Positions 51,163-64,000 of a stretch of 64,000 nt of DNA are shown one piece after another; positions within the stretch are counted from its first letter, which is position 1, and each line of letters begins with the position of its first letter. The DNA is taken from assembly GCA_951406725.2 (NCBI GenBank), contig OX597820.1, positions 72,106,001 to 72,170,000 on the forward strand, in the 5' to 3' direction. The notes beneath the pieces are model-generated. The model was not told the DNA's origin and made no database searches. It was given only the letters and a program-made list of their open reading frames with translations. A program made the translations under genes and the position numbers. This DNA comes from Octopus vulgaris. Lineage: Eukaryota.

Positions 51163-52690
51163 AAAGCTGAAGAAAGGATAGCGAAGAACACATATGAGGG
51201 AAAAGTGGAGAAAGCAAACCTACCTCAAGAACACCAGAATAGACATGACACAGAATTTGAGGTGAATAATGAATAGAAGATCATAGAAGCAAAAGAAGAT
51301 ATTATGAGACCTCAGCAAGACTGAGTTTACTGATATGATCAATAGAGAACTGCTACTCAAGCTCTGAAACAACATAATCATGATATATAATATTGCACTT
51401 GGACAGATCTTAAGAAATAAGGAAAATGACCTAACAATCTTAAATAACCTCATCTATTCCACTGCTAAAGTTGTAACTGCTCAGTTAGGTATCAGGATGA
51501 CACAGAAAAGGACCAACCTTGTCAATAGACCTCTTTAGTGGAAAGTTGCAATACAAAAAGAGATCAAATTTTTGCAGACTGATGTATCAGTTCTTGATAA
51601 ATAAATGTTAAGACGAAACAAGTTAGAAAAACCAAGCAAAAATATAAAATCAAAGATTCTATAAACCTTCCTGTAACCAAGGAACTAGCAAAACAATGAA
51701 TACAATTGAAAGCCCAAAGGCTCAGAAGGTATGACAACAGAATCAAATTTTATCAACAAAACAAGGTATTCAAGACATATGCAAAAATCATTTTACAGGG
51801 AAATTGGCAAAAGCAAGATAGAAGTAAAGGAGCCACCTAAGACTGAGGAAATGGAAGAGTTCTGGAAGAAGACATAGAGCAGCAAAAAAGAATATAATGC
51901 TGAACTCATTGGATGGAATGTGAGAAAGTGAGACTGGATGAAGCTGAAGAGCAGAAATGGGAGACAATAGGAGTAGAAGAGCTAAATTGTGTTCTGAGAA
52001 AGTCTCACAAATGGAAAACCCCAGGACTGGACCAGATCCCTAATTTCTGGCTGAATTGTTTGACAGAAGTACACCAAATGTTTGCTGCATCCCTAACTAA
52101 TGTCATCCAGAACTCAGAGCAAATACCTCTCTGACTGACTGAAGGAACACCATACCTTCTACCAAAAACTGAAGTTGTGAAAAATCCAAAGAACTACCAA
52201 CCAATTACATGTCTCGACACCACCTACAAGATCATCACATCCATACTAACTGAAAGAATATACACTTTCCTTGAACAGAACTCTGTCCTTCCACAGCTCA
52301 AAAAGGTTGTAAAGGGAAATTTTATGGATGCAAAGATTAATTACTTGTAATAAAATGATTGTAGAGAACTGCCGGAGCAAGAAGAAGACTCTGAGTATGG
52401 AATAGATAGACAAGAAAGCATTTGATAGTGTCCCATATAACTGGCTACTCAAGGTCCTTGAGATACACCAGATCTCTCCTGTAGTTTCCAAATTCTTACA
52501 GGGTAGTATGGTCAAGTGGAATACATGTCTCCTAAACCATAGTAATGAGATGAGCCAATCTAACATCAACATCAAATGAAGCATCTTTCAAGGTGACTCT
52601 CTCTCCCCATTACTCTTGTGCATGGCACTGATCCTACTCTCAAACGAATTGAGTAACACCAGGTATGGGTTCAAAGTGTATAATACTGTA
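51163..52690 (+). mobile_element. Decayed R4/Dong-like retrotransposon RT region
   Basis: WKTPGLDQIPNFWL, PKNYQPITCLDTTYKIITSIL, KKAFDSVPYNWL, IFQGDSLSPLLLCMAL. Confidence 0.9.
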
Positions 52691-53231
52691 GTAAACCTCT
52701 ACTCCTTTGACCCTTCTGGGAATAATGGCTGGCAAAACTGGATGAATGGATGGATTGGTGAATGGACAAGGCCCATTCATACATACAATGAATGAATTAC
52801 AAAAGCATTTGCAAAAGCTGTGGAGATGCATTTATATACATATATGTATCATAAAGTCAAGATGGTATATTAAAATCAGGAAGGTGTATTTAACAACTAA
52901 CCTTTTCCACCTGATGAAGTAGCACCAAATCCTGCATTATCTTCAATGAAGTTTTTGCATTTCACATTAATACAGACATCTAAGTAACAGATGTATGAAT
53001 TATCTATTATCAGATATGATAATATAAGCTATTTGCATGTTTTGGGGTTACTGAAACATATTTGTCATGGTACCTTGATGTTTATTGTTAAATAAAGTTC
53101 ATCATTATATTTCTCCATCATTTATATCTTTATATTCTCCTTTTCTCATGTATACTACTATATACTCTATATGGTTTATGCAATGACTACTACTGGATAA
53201 CTTGAAGCCATATATACACACACACACATTA

Positions 53232-53622
53232 TAATTGTCACTAAATGTAACTAGAGTGTTAGAAAACACCTACATTGCTAGAAATAAGAGCTAAAAGGAA
53301 ATCAGAGCACATGATGGTATACATATATACTGACAGGGACTGCAATCGCCCCTAAACACTCAAGAATTCCCTATTATGTCAGGTCAGTTTCAGCAACTTC
53401 TGTTGCCTCATCAGTAAGGACTGGTTTGTCTTTGGCCGATTCTGGACTGAATTCTCTGTCAGTATATATGCTTTCACCATAAAGATATATGGGTGATTTA
53501 GAGAATTGCTAACGTGTATACAGAAAATTAATATAGACAGCAGGATGCAATGTTTTACCAAAAAGGAAAGCTAATTGTCACTAAGACATTGCGCCCTGCT
53601 GTCTATATTAATTTTCTATATA
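53232..53622 (-). mobile_element. ~340-bp non-coding unit with hammerhead-like motif and terminal fold-back
   Basis: Direct repeat taattgtcactaa at 53232 and 53572; minus-strand CTGATGAG-GCAAC-agaa-GTTGC-T-GAAAC at about 53387-53414; inverted repeat of about 53517-53557 / 53582-53622. Confidence 0.65.
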
Positions 53623-53636
53623 TATTATAAATAACA

Positions 53637-54020
53637 AATTAAAGAGGGTGGCTTATTAGCAATTAGAACCTAAAGGCAAAATTAATAGAGGTCATATCAG
53701 TACCTTCTCTCACTTTTTGTGACCTCTATTAATTTTGCCTTCAGGCTCTAATTGCTAATAAGCCACCCTTTTAAATTCATTTACACTTTAACCGTTTTGA
53801 AAATCACATGTTTTCAAAGTTTTTCTTACAAGATTGACAGAGGTAAACCTTAACCTTAGGTGTTAAGAGTCACTTATGAGGATTAAGATGGTCTACATCA
53901 AAATCCACAATCGTGATCTGACTATATACCCTGGGATTTGTGACTTTTGAGTTAGTTTAGCTCTTATTTTTAGCAAAAGCAGTGCTAGTCAGTACCCTCT
54001 GTCACTTTTGTGACTTCTAT
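53637..54020 (+). mobile_element. ~290-bp non-coding unit with decayed hammerhead and terminal fold-back
   Basis: Inverted repeat 53637-53694 / 53720-53777; ~32-bp direct repeat at 53697 and 53989; AGTCA-CTTATGAG-GATT..AATCC-ACAA-TCGTGATC-TGACT at 53868-53923. Confidence 0.65.
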
Positions 54021-54037
54021 ATATTATATGTATATAT

Positions 54038-54178
54038 TAGGAAGTTGAATTTTATGGCTGGTCGTAGAATGGCCATTGGTTTTGCACCTATGAAGCACTT
54101 AGCATTATAAACCTGTACTGCAATGCACTTTACAGATGCAAAACCAATGATCACCCTATGACCCACCCTAACTTCCTA
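54038..54178. repeat. Imperfect palindromic (MITE-like) hairpin
   Basis: taggaagtt/aacttccta ends and cattggttttgca/tgcaaaaccaatg inner arms. Confidence 0.8.
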
Positions 54179-54220
54179 AAAAATCTTTTTCAGATACATG
54201 AACTACTGATAATATGTATA

Positions 54221-55436
54221 CAGGGTGCTGGTGATGTTTGAGGACACATGCATTTTTAGTTATTATTTTGACTAATTTTTATTGAACTTCTGTTTCAGAA
54301 AATATCGATGATAGGCCCTATGCTTACTAATGAAAGGAAAAGGCATGTTATGATTGGCTTTGAAGGTTAATCATGGTGATTTAGAAATTTCTCATTTTCT
54401 GAAAATTGCAAAATCTTTTGTCCACAAAATTTGGTGTGAGTTAGAGAAAGGTGGAAGCATGTTACCTGTATCAAAATGTAATAAAAAAAAAACATTCCAA
54501 ATGCTCTGATTCTATCAGAATACCTGCATTTATCCAGGAAATTAAGCAAAATATTGAAGACAATCCAGGAACATCAGTGAGGTCAAATGCAAAAAAATTT
54601 CATGTGTCAGAAAAAGCAGTCAGAAATGTTGTGCATGAAGACATCAGATATAAATCTTATGTGATGAGGAGAGGTCAATTCATGACAGAAAGAACAAAAG
54701 AAAACCGTTTAATCAGATCCAAAAGAGCTTTGAACAAACTTTAAAATCCATCAGAAAATGATATGATTTGGTTTTTCTCAGATGAGAAAAACTTCAACCA
54801 GAACACTAACAGAAGAAATGACACATGGCTATGTACAGACCCTTCTGAGGTTCAGAGTAATGCACACAAAATTTCTTACAAGTGTCATAGTTTTGGCTGT
54901 TGTTAACAGTGAAGGACATGTGATACTGCCTCACTTTTTTGCACAAGGTTTTAGGGTGAATGCTGCTATGTATATTGAGTTGTTAAGCCTAAGATCAACA
55001 GTGTATGCAATGGAAGGCCTTGTATTTCAACAAGATTCTGTACCATGACATGAGGATCAAATAACACAAGAATGGATGGCCAACAATTTGCATGATCACA
55101 TCACCCCCAACATTTGGCCTCCTAACTCTCCAGATCTCAATCCACTGGACTACTATGTTCAGAAAAATGTCAATGAACAGCCCCATAGCACTAAAGATTC
55201 TTTGAAAGTCACCATAGTTTGAGTCATGTCCAATATGAACAAGGATCACTTGATCCAAACTTGTAAACAATTTCTACCCTGCATAGAGGCAGTTATTGAT
55301 GCTTATGCTGGTTTTATTGAATGAGATTATTAAAATGATAATTTAGCTTTGTTGTTTTAATAAAATTAGTTTTTTTCTGTTATGTGTTTTTTAAAACCAT
55401 AAAGCTGTCCTCGACATAAATACTGTCCACATCCTG
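54221..55436 (+). mobile_element. Tc1/mariner superfamily maT (DD37D) transposon, inactivated
   Basis: TA|CAGGGTG ... CATCCTG|TA ends; FSDEKNF, FQQD, then exactly 37 codons to the D of WPPNSPDLNPLDY; stops and frameshifts present. Confidence 0.9.
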
Positions 55437-55444
55437 TATGTATG

Positions 55445-55531
<87 letters not shown>

Positions 55532-55684
55532 ATTTATATATATATATATATATATATATACAAAGACTTGTTTCTAATGTTGTAGCAAATTTATTCAACT
55601 TCAGTATAATAATTGGTATTTATATTAACATCACCATTATGTAAAACTCTGAAATGACTTATTCTTAATATGGTTATGATTTTT

Positions 55685-56050
55685 TTCAACTATTAAATTC
55701 ATCTTTGAAAATTAAAAATCTTTAAATATTTGCATCAAGATGTTAATATTAAATATGATGTAAGGTGTAAATATTAAAATGTTTTTCCTCATTTATTAAA
55801 CTCATCCTTGAGGACTAAAAATATTTTCATATTTACATTTACACATCAAAATGTAAATATTAAAATATTTTTATTACTAAACTCATAACTCTTCTTTAGA
55901 GATTAAAAATGTTAAGATACGAATTTATGTTAAGATATAAATATTAAATCTTTTTACATCTTTTATTAAAATTAATCTATAGAGATTGAAAAATGTCTCG
56001 CTGTCAACATCTACACGTCTAGCGGTAAATATTAAAACAGTTTTTATTTT
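55685..56050. repeat. Degenerate AT-rich tandem repeat
   Basis: Recurrent tattaaaYtcatcYttgaRRaYtaaaaat and taaatattaaaa blocks. Confidence 0.6.
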
Positions 56051-57124
56051 TAATGATGTGGTTAACAGTTCAAACATTGTAATCCAGTGTCACTCAGCTG
56101 AATTGAACAACAATACTGGTTAAGGGTTTGAAGGCAGGTTCAGTCAGGTGGGTTAGTTGACATTGGTCAATGATTTTGAGAAGACTTCTCTGAGGGACAT
56201 TTTGCTAAAAAATAACATTTTTTTTTTTGTAAGTATTCCAGTTCGTTTATTGCATCTGGTAGTGGGGCTCTGGTTTGTAAGTCCAAGAATTTTGAGAATA
56301 GTGGAGCCACCTCTTCACCACTATTGTTACCAAGGTTACTCTGACTCAGAGTAACAACACCCATTAGGATCCCAGCTAAGAATTTATTAGCATGTCATAG
56401 AATTGCTTCTGAGAGAAGGTTATTTACACATCCTACAGTAGACCAAGGGGAGATGAGTGTTTCAGCTCTTCAGCTGCTCACTTAAGAGAACATAGCTCCA
56501 TGAAAACCCAGCATCCTGATAACTAATGGGCTTGTAGTGCTTGCTGCACCAGACCAATAAAAATTTGAAGGATGAGAGAGTGGGCCAGGCTCTCCAAAAC
56601 CATGCTTGCTATAATAATATTCCTCGTGCAGCTTGTTCAGCAAACCAAGACATCAACATCAATGCCATTACACTTTTTGCATAAGTCCATCAAGGATAAG
56701 GAAATAGGTGACAGGGACAGATACATGATGCTACTGCAAGTCTTTTCAGCTTTGATCTTGCACACAGGCAGTCACCGTGTGATGGTCATTTTGTCCACAC
56801 ATTTACTGCAGGTGTAGATTTACAGCTATGGTTTGCTGAACCCTTGTTTGTTGAAGCAATGAGAGAGTCCATACACATATGTCTTATCTTGTTTCAGTCG
56901 TTGGTGTGCGGCCATGCTGAGACCCTGTTTTGTGGGGTTTAGTTGAACAAATCTTTTTTTTGTTTTAAATCTATACTTATTCTATTAGTCTGTCTCTTTT
57001 GCCAGATTCCTAAGTTACAGAGACATAAACAAACCAACACTGATTGTCAGGCAATGATGGGAGACAAACACACAAACAATGACACTCCCTACTAGATATA
57101 AACATAACCCATACATTAATCATG

Positions 57125-57450
57125 AAGGCTCATGGTTTAGTGGTTTGGACATTCGGCTCACATTCGTAAGGTCGTGAGTTCAATTCTTGGTGATGTGTTG
57201 TGTTCTTGAGCAAGACACTTTATTTCTCATTACTCCAGTCCACTCAGCTGGCAAAAATGAGCAGTACTTGTTATTCAACGTGCCAGCCTTGTCACCTTCT
57301 ATGTCACGCTGAATCCCCATGAGAACTATGTTACGGGCACACATGTCTGTGGAGTGCTCAGCCATTTGCACATTATTTCTTGAGTAGGCTGTGCTGTTGA
57401 TCAAATCAACTGGAACCCCCACCGTCATAACCGATGGAGTGCCATTCATC
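57125..57450 (+). mobile_element. tRNA-derived SINE family C
   Basis: tggtttagtgg A box, gagttcaattc B box, gttgtgttcttgagcaagacactt core; related copy at about 59470-59770. Confidence 0.75.
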
Positions 57451-58769
57451 ATATATATCTACCACTACACACTAATATACTAAATAGTTTGCAATGCGGC
57501 CCACATATCATCTCTGGTCTGGGTTTATTGCCACTTGAAATGGGACCTCCATTTAACCATTACCATCTGGCCTTGAGCCTATTATCAGCTTCACATATTT
57601 GTTTGTAGGCTTTACTTTTCCAAGAATTTTCGGAAATCATGTATGAAATCTTGGCTTTGAATTGCAAATTCTTCACATATATAAGCTTTTACAAGTGATT
57701 TCTGGAAGCACGTCTCAACAGAGAGACATCTTTCAATATTTACACCTTTTTTCCCCCCTTCTTGTTAAAAGTTATCTTTCTGCCTTAATCACTTTTCCTT
57801 TTTTTCAGATAATAAAATCATTAATCTGTGAAAAAGAACACATTTCCAAACACTTGCCTTCCAATTTCAGAATTCTGAAGTTATGGTTTCTATTTTTATT
57901 TCTATAGTAATTTTATGATGGTTATACTTCAGAAAGTATTTGCTTCACAGATTTAACAGGCTATTTCCTCATTATTTCTTTTTCGTTTTTCTTTTTGTTA
58001 TGATTATATCTAACTTGTTCATGGTTCTATTTATTTGCAGTTATGTTTTTTTAACATGGTCCATATATTCATATATTCTTAACTCATGCTATATTGATAC
58101 TCAATTGTTGTTGAGCAATCAGCTATGTACCATTATGCAAATGAGTTGAACCTAAAACAGTTTTGTTTAGATTTTTCTAAGATTAACTTTCTGCTATTTA
58201 TCTTGCCATCTCAGAGCAAAAAGTAAATCTTGAAAATGAAACCAATTGCTTCTAGCCTCCTCCAAAGTTGCTAAAATTCTTTCAGACTAAATGTGTGTAT
58301 GTGTGTGTGTGTGTGGCACCACAGATTTTGATCTTCCTACTTGTACATTCATTCATTCATCCATGCATTCTAATATTTTCTAAGAGAGCAAAAAAGAACT
58401 GATACACATCCAAATTCAATTCTATTAGCAGAAAATTTGTCAGACATTGTAAAGATTCCCCCAATTAAGATTCATCAAATGAATATATACACACACTTGA
58501 TTGTGTGCATCTACAAAGACACACATGTAGAGAGTATGTGCACACAAATGCACACACACACACCAAAGCCCTAAGTACTAAAGGGACGTACACACAAAAC
58601 ATAAGTGCACTTACATACAACTTCATACATGCATGCACTAACTCTACTGCATATTTACAAATCCCAAGAAGTGTCTTAACTCAAAAACTCTTGTCATTCT
58701 GTTGGTAACCAGCTTGAACTCCATTAAGGAAAACTTCAATAAATCTCTCAGAAAAGCATGCATGTACGC

Positions 58770-59070
58770 ATAAAGGCAAACCTACATCTGCTGATGTGAA
58801 CAACTCTTCAAAAATCAGTAGAAAGGAGAATATTCAAAGATAACGAATTCAAAACCTGCAGCTTCTCCATCCTGATTATAAATTTACATTTATGCCAGTG
58901 GTTGTGGGAACACTTCGTTATGTTTGTAAATATGACAATCTGGAAAAGCATGGATTTTCATGGAAAGAGAGGATCCCCACCAACACATACTTTACAAATA
59001 CAATCTCTAAGACAGTAAAGAAATGAAAGATTTTCTAAGAGACAGTAAAGATATGAAAGGTTTCCTTTAA
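58770..59070 (+). mobile_element. Restriction-like-endonuclease non-LTR C-terminal remnant
   Basis: SADVN..QNLQLLHPDYKFTFMPVVVGTL..LQIQSL. Confidence 0.6.
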
Positions 59071-59080
59071 AATTCAACAT

Positions 59081-59420
59081 AGGTGCAGGAGTGGCTGTGT
59101 GGTAAGTAGCTTGCTTACCAACCACATGGTTCTGGGTTCAGTCCCACTGTGTGGCACCTTGGACAAGTGTCTTCTACTAAAGCCTTGTGAGTGGATTTGG
59201 TGGATGGAAACTGAGAGAAGCCCATCATATATGTTTGTGTGTGTGTGTGTGTTTGTCTCCCCAGCATCGCTTGACAACTGATGCTGGTGTGTTTATGTCC
59301 CCATAACTTAGCAGTTCAACAAAAGAGACTGACAGAATAAGTCCTGGGGTCGATTTGCTTGACTAAAGGTGGTGCTTCTGTATGGCCACAGTCAAATGAC
59401 TGAAACAAGTAAAAGAAAAG
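59081..59420 (+). mobile_element. SINE family A
   Basis: High similarity to 4827-5268. Confidence 0.9.
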
Positions 59421-60029
59421 AATGTAATGTGTATCATTGTGGTTATCCAAATTCCATTGATGGAGTTTTGTCTTCTAATAATTAAATTTCCCAGACTAGG
59501 TTGTGTGTTGTGTTCTTGAGCAAGACACTTTATTTCACATTGCTCCAGTTCATTGAGCTGTAGAAATGATTAGTGATGTCACTGGTGTCATGCTGTATCA
59601 GCCTTTGCCATTCCCTTGGACAACATCATTGGCGTTGAGAGGGGAGGCTGGTATGCATGCATGGGTGACTTGGTCTTCCATAAACAATTTTGCCCGGACT
59701 TATACTTTGGTGGGTAACTTTCTAGGTGCAATCACACAGTCGTCCATGACTGAAGGGGGTCTTTACTCTTTTTAATAACTAAAAAAATAGACATGCATAC
59801 GTCTGTGTATATGTGTATCTATTTGTGTTTTTATGTATTGTATAAGTGTGTGTGTGGGGGGGGATACATGCATGCATGCTTTCTTCACACACTCCTGTCT
59901 CAGAAAGCACTTTCTCTTTGTCCACCTACTTCTGGTTGTTCCAAAATATAACCACATGTGGACTGTTGGAGATTTTTTTCTCTCCATCTTCGTTTTCTCT
60001 TGGACTTTCCTCTGTCTCCTGTTTCTAGA

Positions 60030-60225
60030 GAAGAAATGCCAGTGGGAATACTTAGTGGTATTTTGTCTGTCTTTACATTCTGGATTCAAATTCCGCTGGG
60101 GTCAAGTTTGCTTTTGTTCCTTTCAGGGTCAATAAATTATGCTCCAGTTGTGTAATGGAGTCGATCAAATCAACTGGACCCCACTACTCCCCAAAAATTT
60201 CGGGCCTTGTGCCTAGAGTAGAAAA
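60030..60225 (+). mobile_element. SINE family B
   Basis: Family core present; another copy at 61328-61530. Confidence 0.8.
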
Positions 60226-60239
60226 GAAAAGGTTGTATA

Positions 60240-60575
60240 TGTTGTCCAAGTTTCTATTGCACAGAAGACCATTAGCATCATATAACAGTTTACTAGCCAC
60301 AGTTTTACATGCTTTGTTATGTCTATTTGAGTTGTAAATCTTTTTCCTTCTATTAAATGTTCTGTTAGCCTAATTTATTCTTTGAGTAACAACTACTTGG
60401 AGAGCTTCTTGATTTATTGTCCTAAATACTTGAAGTTTTTTCTCGTTCAAGTTCTTCTCCCTCAACCCTTTGTATTTACTTCCTTTTGTTGTCTTTCTAA
60501 TAACTATTGTCTTTGTCATTTTCACATTCATATTCAGACCTTTCTTGTCACTCTGCTCTTTTACAACACTGACAA
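60240..60575 (-). mobile_element. RTE-like RT remnant
   Basis: EQSDKKGLNMNVKMTKTIVI resembles the GLxINxKKTKxM motif. Confidence 0.5.
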
Positions 60576-61786
60576 TATATACATACATATATACATATGA
60601 ATATATATATATTAAATGTATGAATATATATATATATATATAAATGATTTTAAGTTGAAGAGACAATTGAAGATTATGATTGATGCTGTTTCATCTGGCA
60701 AATTATCAAAATCATATTTTGTTTGATTAAACGCCAGATGAAACCACGATCAAGCATAATCTTGAATTGCCTCGTCAACTTGATTTATATAATTTTTTTT
60801 GTATTATCTTTGTCAAGCATCAGTGCAACAATACAGTACACTCACACACGTACGCACATGTACACACACATATATGCATACATACGTACATACATACAAA
60901 TGTACACATGAAAACGCATGTGCATGCACACACACACACACACACATACACACACACACACACACACACTAAGCATTTCCTGCACAAATATAACACATGA
61001 AACGCATGACTTAGATATGTAAATGAATGTAAATAACAAATCAGATTTTAATATAAATCTCTAATGTTTGTGTTTATGAGAAAGATTTCTTGACAGAAAA
61101 TTTGTACTTCATATAAGTAGCCTATTTTAATTTATGGCTTTGACTTCTTAACATTGTATATTGAGGATGATGTACCAGAAGATCTCCATCATCATTTGCT
61201 TCTACTTCTCCATGCTTGTATTGGTCTGATGGAGTTTACTGAAGCAAATCTTTTTACAGTCAGCTGCTCTTTCTGTCACCAACCCTCACCTGTTTCCAAG
61301 CAAAGTAATACTTTCTCATAGCAAGATAGCAAGCTGGCAGAATCGTTAGCACACCAAGCAAAATGTTTAGTAGAAATGCTAAATATTTGAGTTCAGATTC
61401 CTCTCAGGTCGACTTTGCTTTTCATCCTTTCCTAGTCGATAAAATAATACAAGTAGTCAAGCACTGGGGCTGATCTTATCGACTTACGCACTTCTCCAAA
61501 ATTGCTGGCCCTGTGCCGAAATTTGAAACCATTATTTTCCCATAACTAGATACATCTTTCAATGAAGACCAGAAATGAACAAACCTCGCTTGTATGACAG
61601 TGATGCTCGATTACAACCATATCTAGATTAAAATACACTCATATGCACACATCACGTGCACACACACATGCATACTATCTGTTTCCATCAACCAAATCTA
61701 TTCACAAGGCCTTGGTTGGCCCTAGGCTATCCTGCAAAACATTTGCCAAAGGTGTCATGCACTGAGACTGAACCCAAGACCACATA

Positions 61787-61907
61787 CTCTTTACTCTTTT
61801 ACTTGTTTGTCATTTGACTGCGCCTTTAGTCAAGCAATATTGGCGGGGGGAGGGGGCAAGCACAGACACACAAACATATACATACATATATATATACATA
61901 TATATAC

Positions 61908-61938
<31 letters not shown>

Positions 61939-62137
61939 TATGTATGTATATATATATATATGTACACATATATACGACGGGCTTCTTTCAGTTTCCATCT
62001 ACGAAATCTACTCACAAGGCTTTGGTCGGCCTGAGGCTATAGTAGAAGACACTTGCCCAAGGTGCCATGCAGTGGGAATGAACCCAGAACCATGTGGTTG
62101 GTAAGCAAGCTACTTACCACACAGCTACACCTGCACC
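61787..62137 (-). mobile_element. SINE family A
   Basis: Reverse complement of 4827-5268; older partial copy at 61675-61785. Confidence 0.9.
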
Positions 62138-62459
62138 TATATGGAAACAAACTTTTTAACCATACAGCTACATATACACCTATAAACACTAGCTTTTATA
62201 TGTTTAATTCATGCTTAAAAAGTGTCTGATTCAACCATTTTCCTTTCTCACGAGTTACTCATTTTGTACACTTCAGGTCATTCAAAATTATAACATTGAC
62301 AATTTCAAATGTGAAAACTTTGCTAAATTATGATGAAAAAAACTACAATCTTAAAAAATATGAAATAATCTTTAGCTTTTTACATCCTAAGGTTAAGTGC
62401 TATGAAATATTAGAGACCCAATGTGGCAGGTGAATATTGCTGGTGACATATATGTATAG

Positions 62460-63090
62460 AAAAAATACAAAATGGAACAAGAACACAAAACATCTGGACA
62501 GTTAGGTAATACAAAAATGGGACAACAAAACATCCAGATAGATGATACAAAGAAAACAAGGACAGGTCATTCGAAGTTTTCTTTTCTCAGTTGAGTACCA
62601 GATTATCTTTGCAATTTCTACTGATTATACTCGAGATTGCTCCAATCTGACAAGCCCCAAGGAAAAAACTAAGCTAAGAGTATTAGATTCCTTGAAAGAA
62701 AGCAGCAAATGTATACAAAAACAAGGACGGGAAAAAACGGACAATGTTACACAAATACAATAAAAATAATAACAGGACATAACAACAGGTGTCTTTTGAC
62801 TAAGGACGAATTAAATTAAGCTGGTGTGTGTGGAAATGAAGCCTTACAGCAGGTATACAAGATTTTACAAGCACATAGAGGAATATCGATGTTGCACGGA
62901 TAACAGCCAGACCAAGAAAGAAAGATCAGGCTTGGCCGAACACCAGTCATGTGGGAAGAGAAGAGAGAGAAGTAGAAGCAGAGGGACAGAAGAATTAAGG
63001 AGGGGCAAGAAAAAATGACAGTGAAGTGAAAGTGGAGGGAAAGTGAGCTAGAAGAGAAGGCAAAGAAATGTGAGAGAGGGGGAATGAAAA
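62460..63090 (-). mobile_element. Unclassified interspersed repeat
   Basis: Compositionally distinct block bounded by simple repeats; it resembles an octopus repeat from recollection only. Confidence 0.35.
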
Positions 63091-63269
63091 CACACATACA
63101 TACAGATATACTTACATGGTATTCAACTAATATTTACTTGTCTAAATAATCGTATAACAAGTCAATTTCAAAATATTTCATTCATTAGAAATTCCTCATA
63201 TGATTATTCGTATTATTTTAAAAGGTTGGTTTTAAATAAAGATATTTGTATATACTCCAGGCAATAATT

Positions 63270-63690
63270 TAAGTAGAGAAGATGTGCATGGTTGCTTTCA
63301 TACAAAGGTTAGCATAGCCATCAGGATAACAACAGGTACATGGTATGAGTCCTGTGGGTGTTCCTGTGCACATTTTTCCAGCTGCTATGACTACCTCCTT
63401 GAACCTGATAATAATAGGAACTGAAGGTTGAACTGGGAAATAGCTGAAGTTCCTAGACACTGTTACCTCAACGTTGCTAATGTCGGAGATGGTGCTGATC
63501 TTGGAAGCATAGTAGTTCTGTTAGAACTCTTCATTTCTTGGGAGAACCTTAGCGAGATGACAAATGAGAGAAAGAGATGAAAAATATACTGAGCTGGTGG
63601 AACTATGTTGAAACAATGGGTTAAGAGCAAGGTGTGATCCCAGTGAGATTGAATGCAAAGAGTTCAAAGGGCAGTCCCTCTCCAGAGTGT
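63270..63690 (+). mobile_element. Hero/NeSL-like restriction-like endonuclease remnant
   Basis: LKFL..STLLMSEMVL..VVLLELFISWE..NERKR*KYTELVELC*NNGLRARCDPSEIECKEFKGQSL resembles ELTVPWE..ERKxxKY..PVEVGCRGF. Confidence 0.7.
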
Positions 63691-64000
63691 TTCTCTGTGT
63701 GTCTTTTTTATATATGTATGTGTGTACGTGTTAAGAAAAAATAATAAATGGATTCTCACATGAACAACAAATGAAGATTCAGAAAAATAAAGCAGTAGTC
63801 ATGTTCTATTGACACGCATGTTTCTCTTGAGGTCTGCTGGTGCCTTGAAAACCTTTTCACAAATGGAACAAGTTGAGGACTTGGTTTTCTCGAGTGCTTT
63901 TGGATCATTTATGTTTTCTTGAGTGGACAGCAAGGCCTGCTTTGTTTCATGCCACAAAACCACAATGACAGGTAGGCTTTCATTTAACAGAGCAGCATTT

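Noticed and set aside
52905-52945. CTGATGAAGTAG..CTGC hammerhead-like start
   Set aside because: No GAAA box or cleavage triplet.
56450-56870. Possible Cys/His zinc-knuckle remnants on the minus strand
   Set aside because: Motifs too degraded to assign.
62565-62660. Hammerhead-like words on the minus strand (GCAATC, GAAATTGC, TCGAGTA/TACTCAA, CTGAGAA)
   Set aside because: The order and core cannot be assembled into a standard topology in this copy.

Overview
AT-rich, microsatellite-dense eukaryotic DNA. The repeat families look like those of a coleoid cephalopod, most likely Octopus; this is inferred from remembered repeat content and was not checked against a database. No confidently identifiable host gene is present, and almost all listed ORFs are microsatellite or SINE artefacts. 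The window is a nested stack of mobile elements: three tRNA-derived SINE families; decayed non-LTR retrotransposons (RTE, Tx1/L1, R4/Dong, Hero-like, Naiad-type Penelope); DNA transposons (maT DD37D, mariner, hAT and piggyBac-like MITEs); and one complete non-autonomous Helitron. The most notable signal is a set of type I hammerhead ribozyme motifs. One is fully canonical (36588-36666), one has a very long stem II (11962-12069), and several are decayed. They sit in short non-coding units with terminal direct repeats and fold-back duplications, consistent with Penelope pLTR or retrozyme-like elements. Other observations are microsatellite-targeted retroelements, a SINE tail resembling Tx1 3' ends, a ~250-nt near-perfect hairpin and a speculative minus-strand micro-exon chain.
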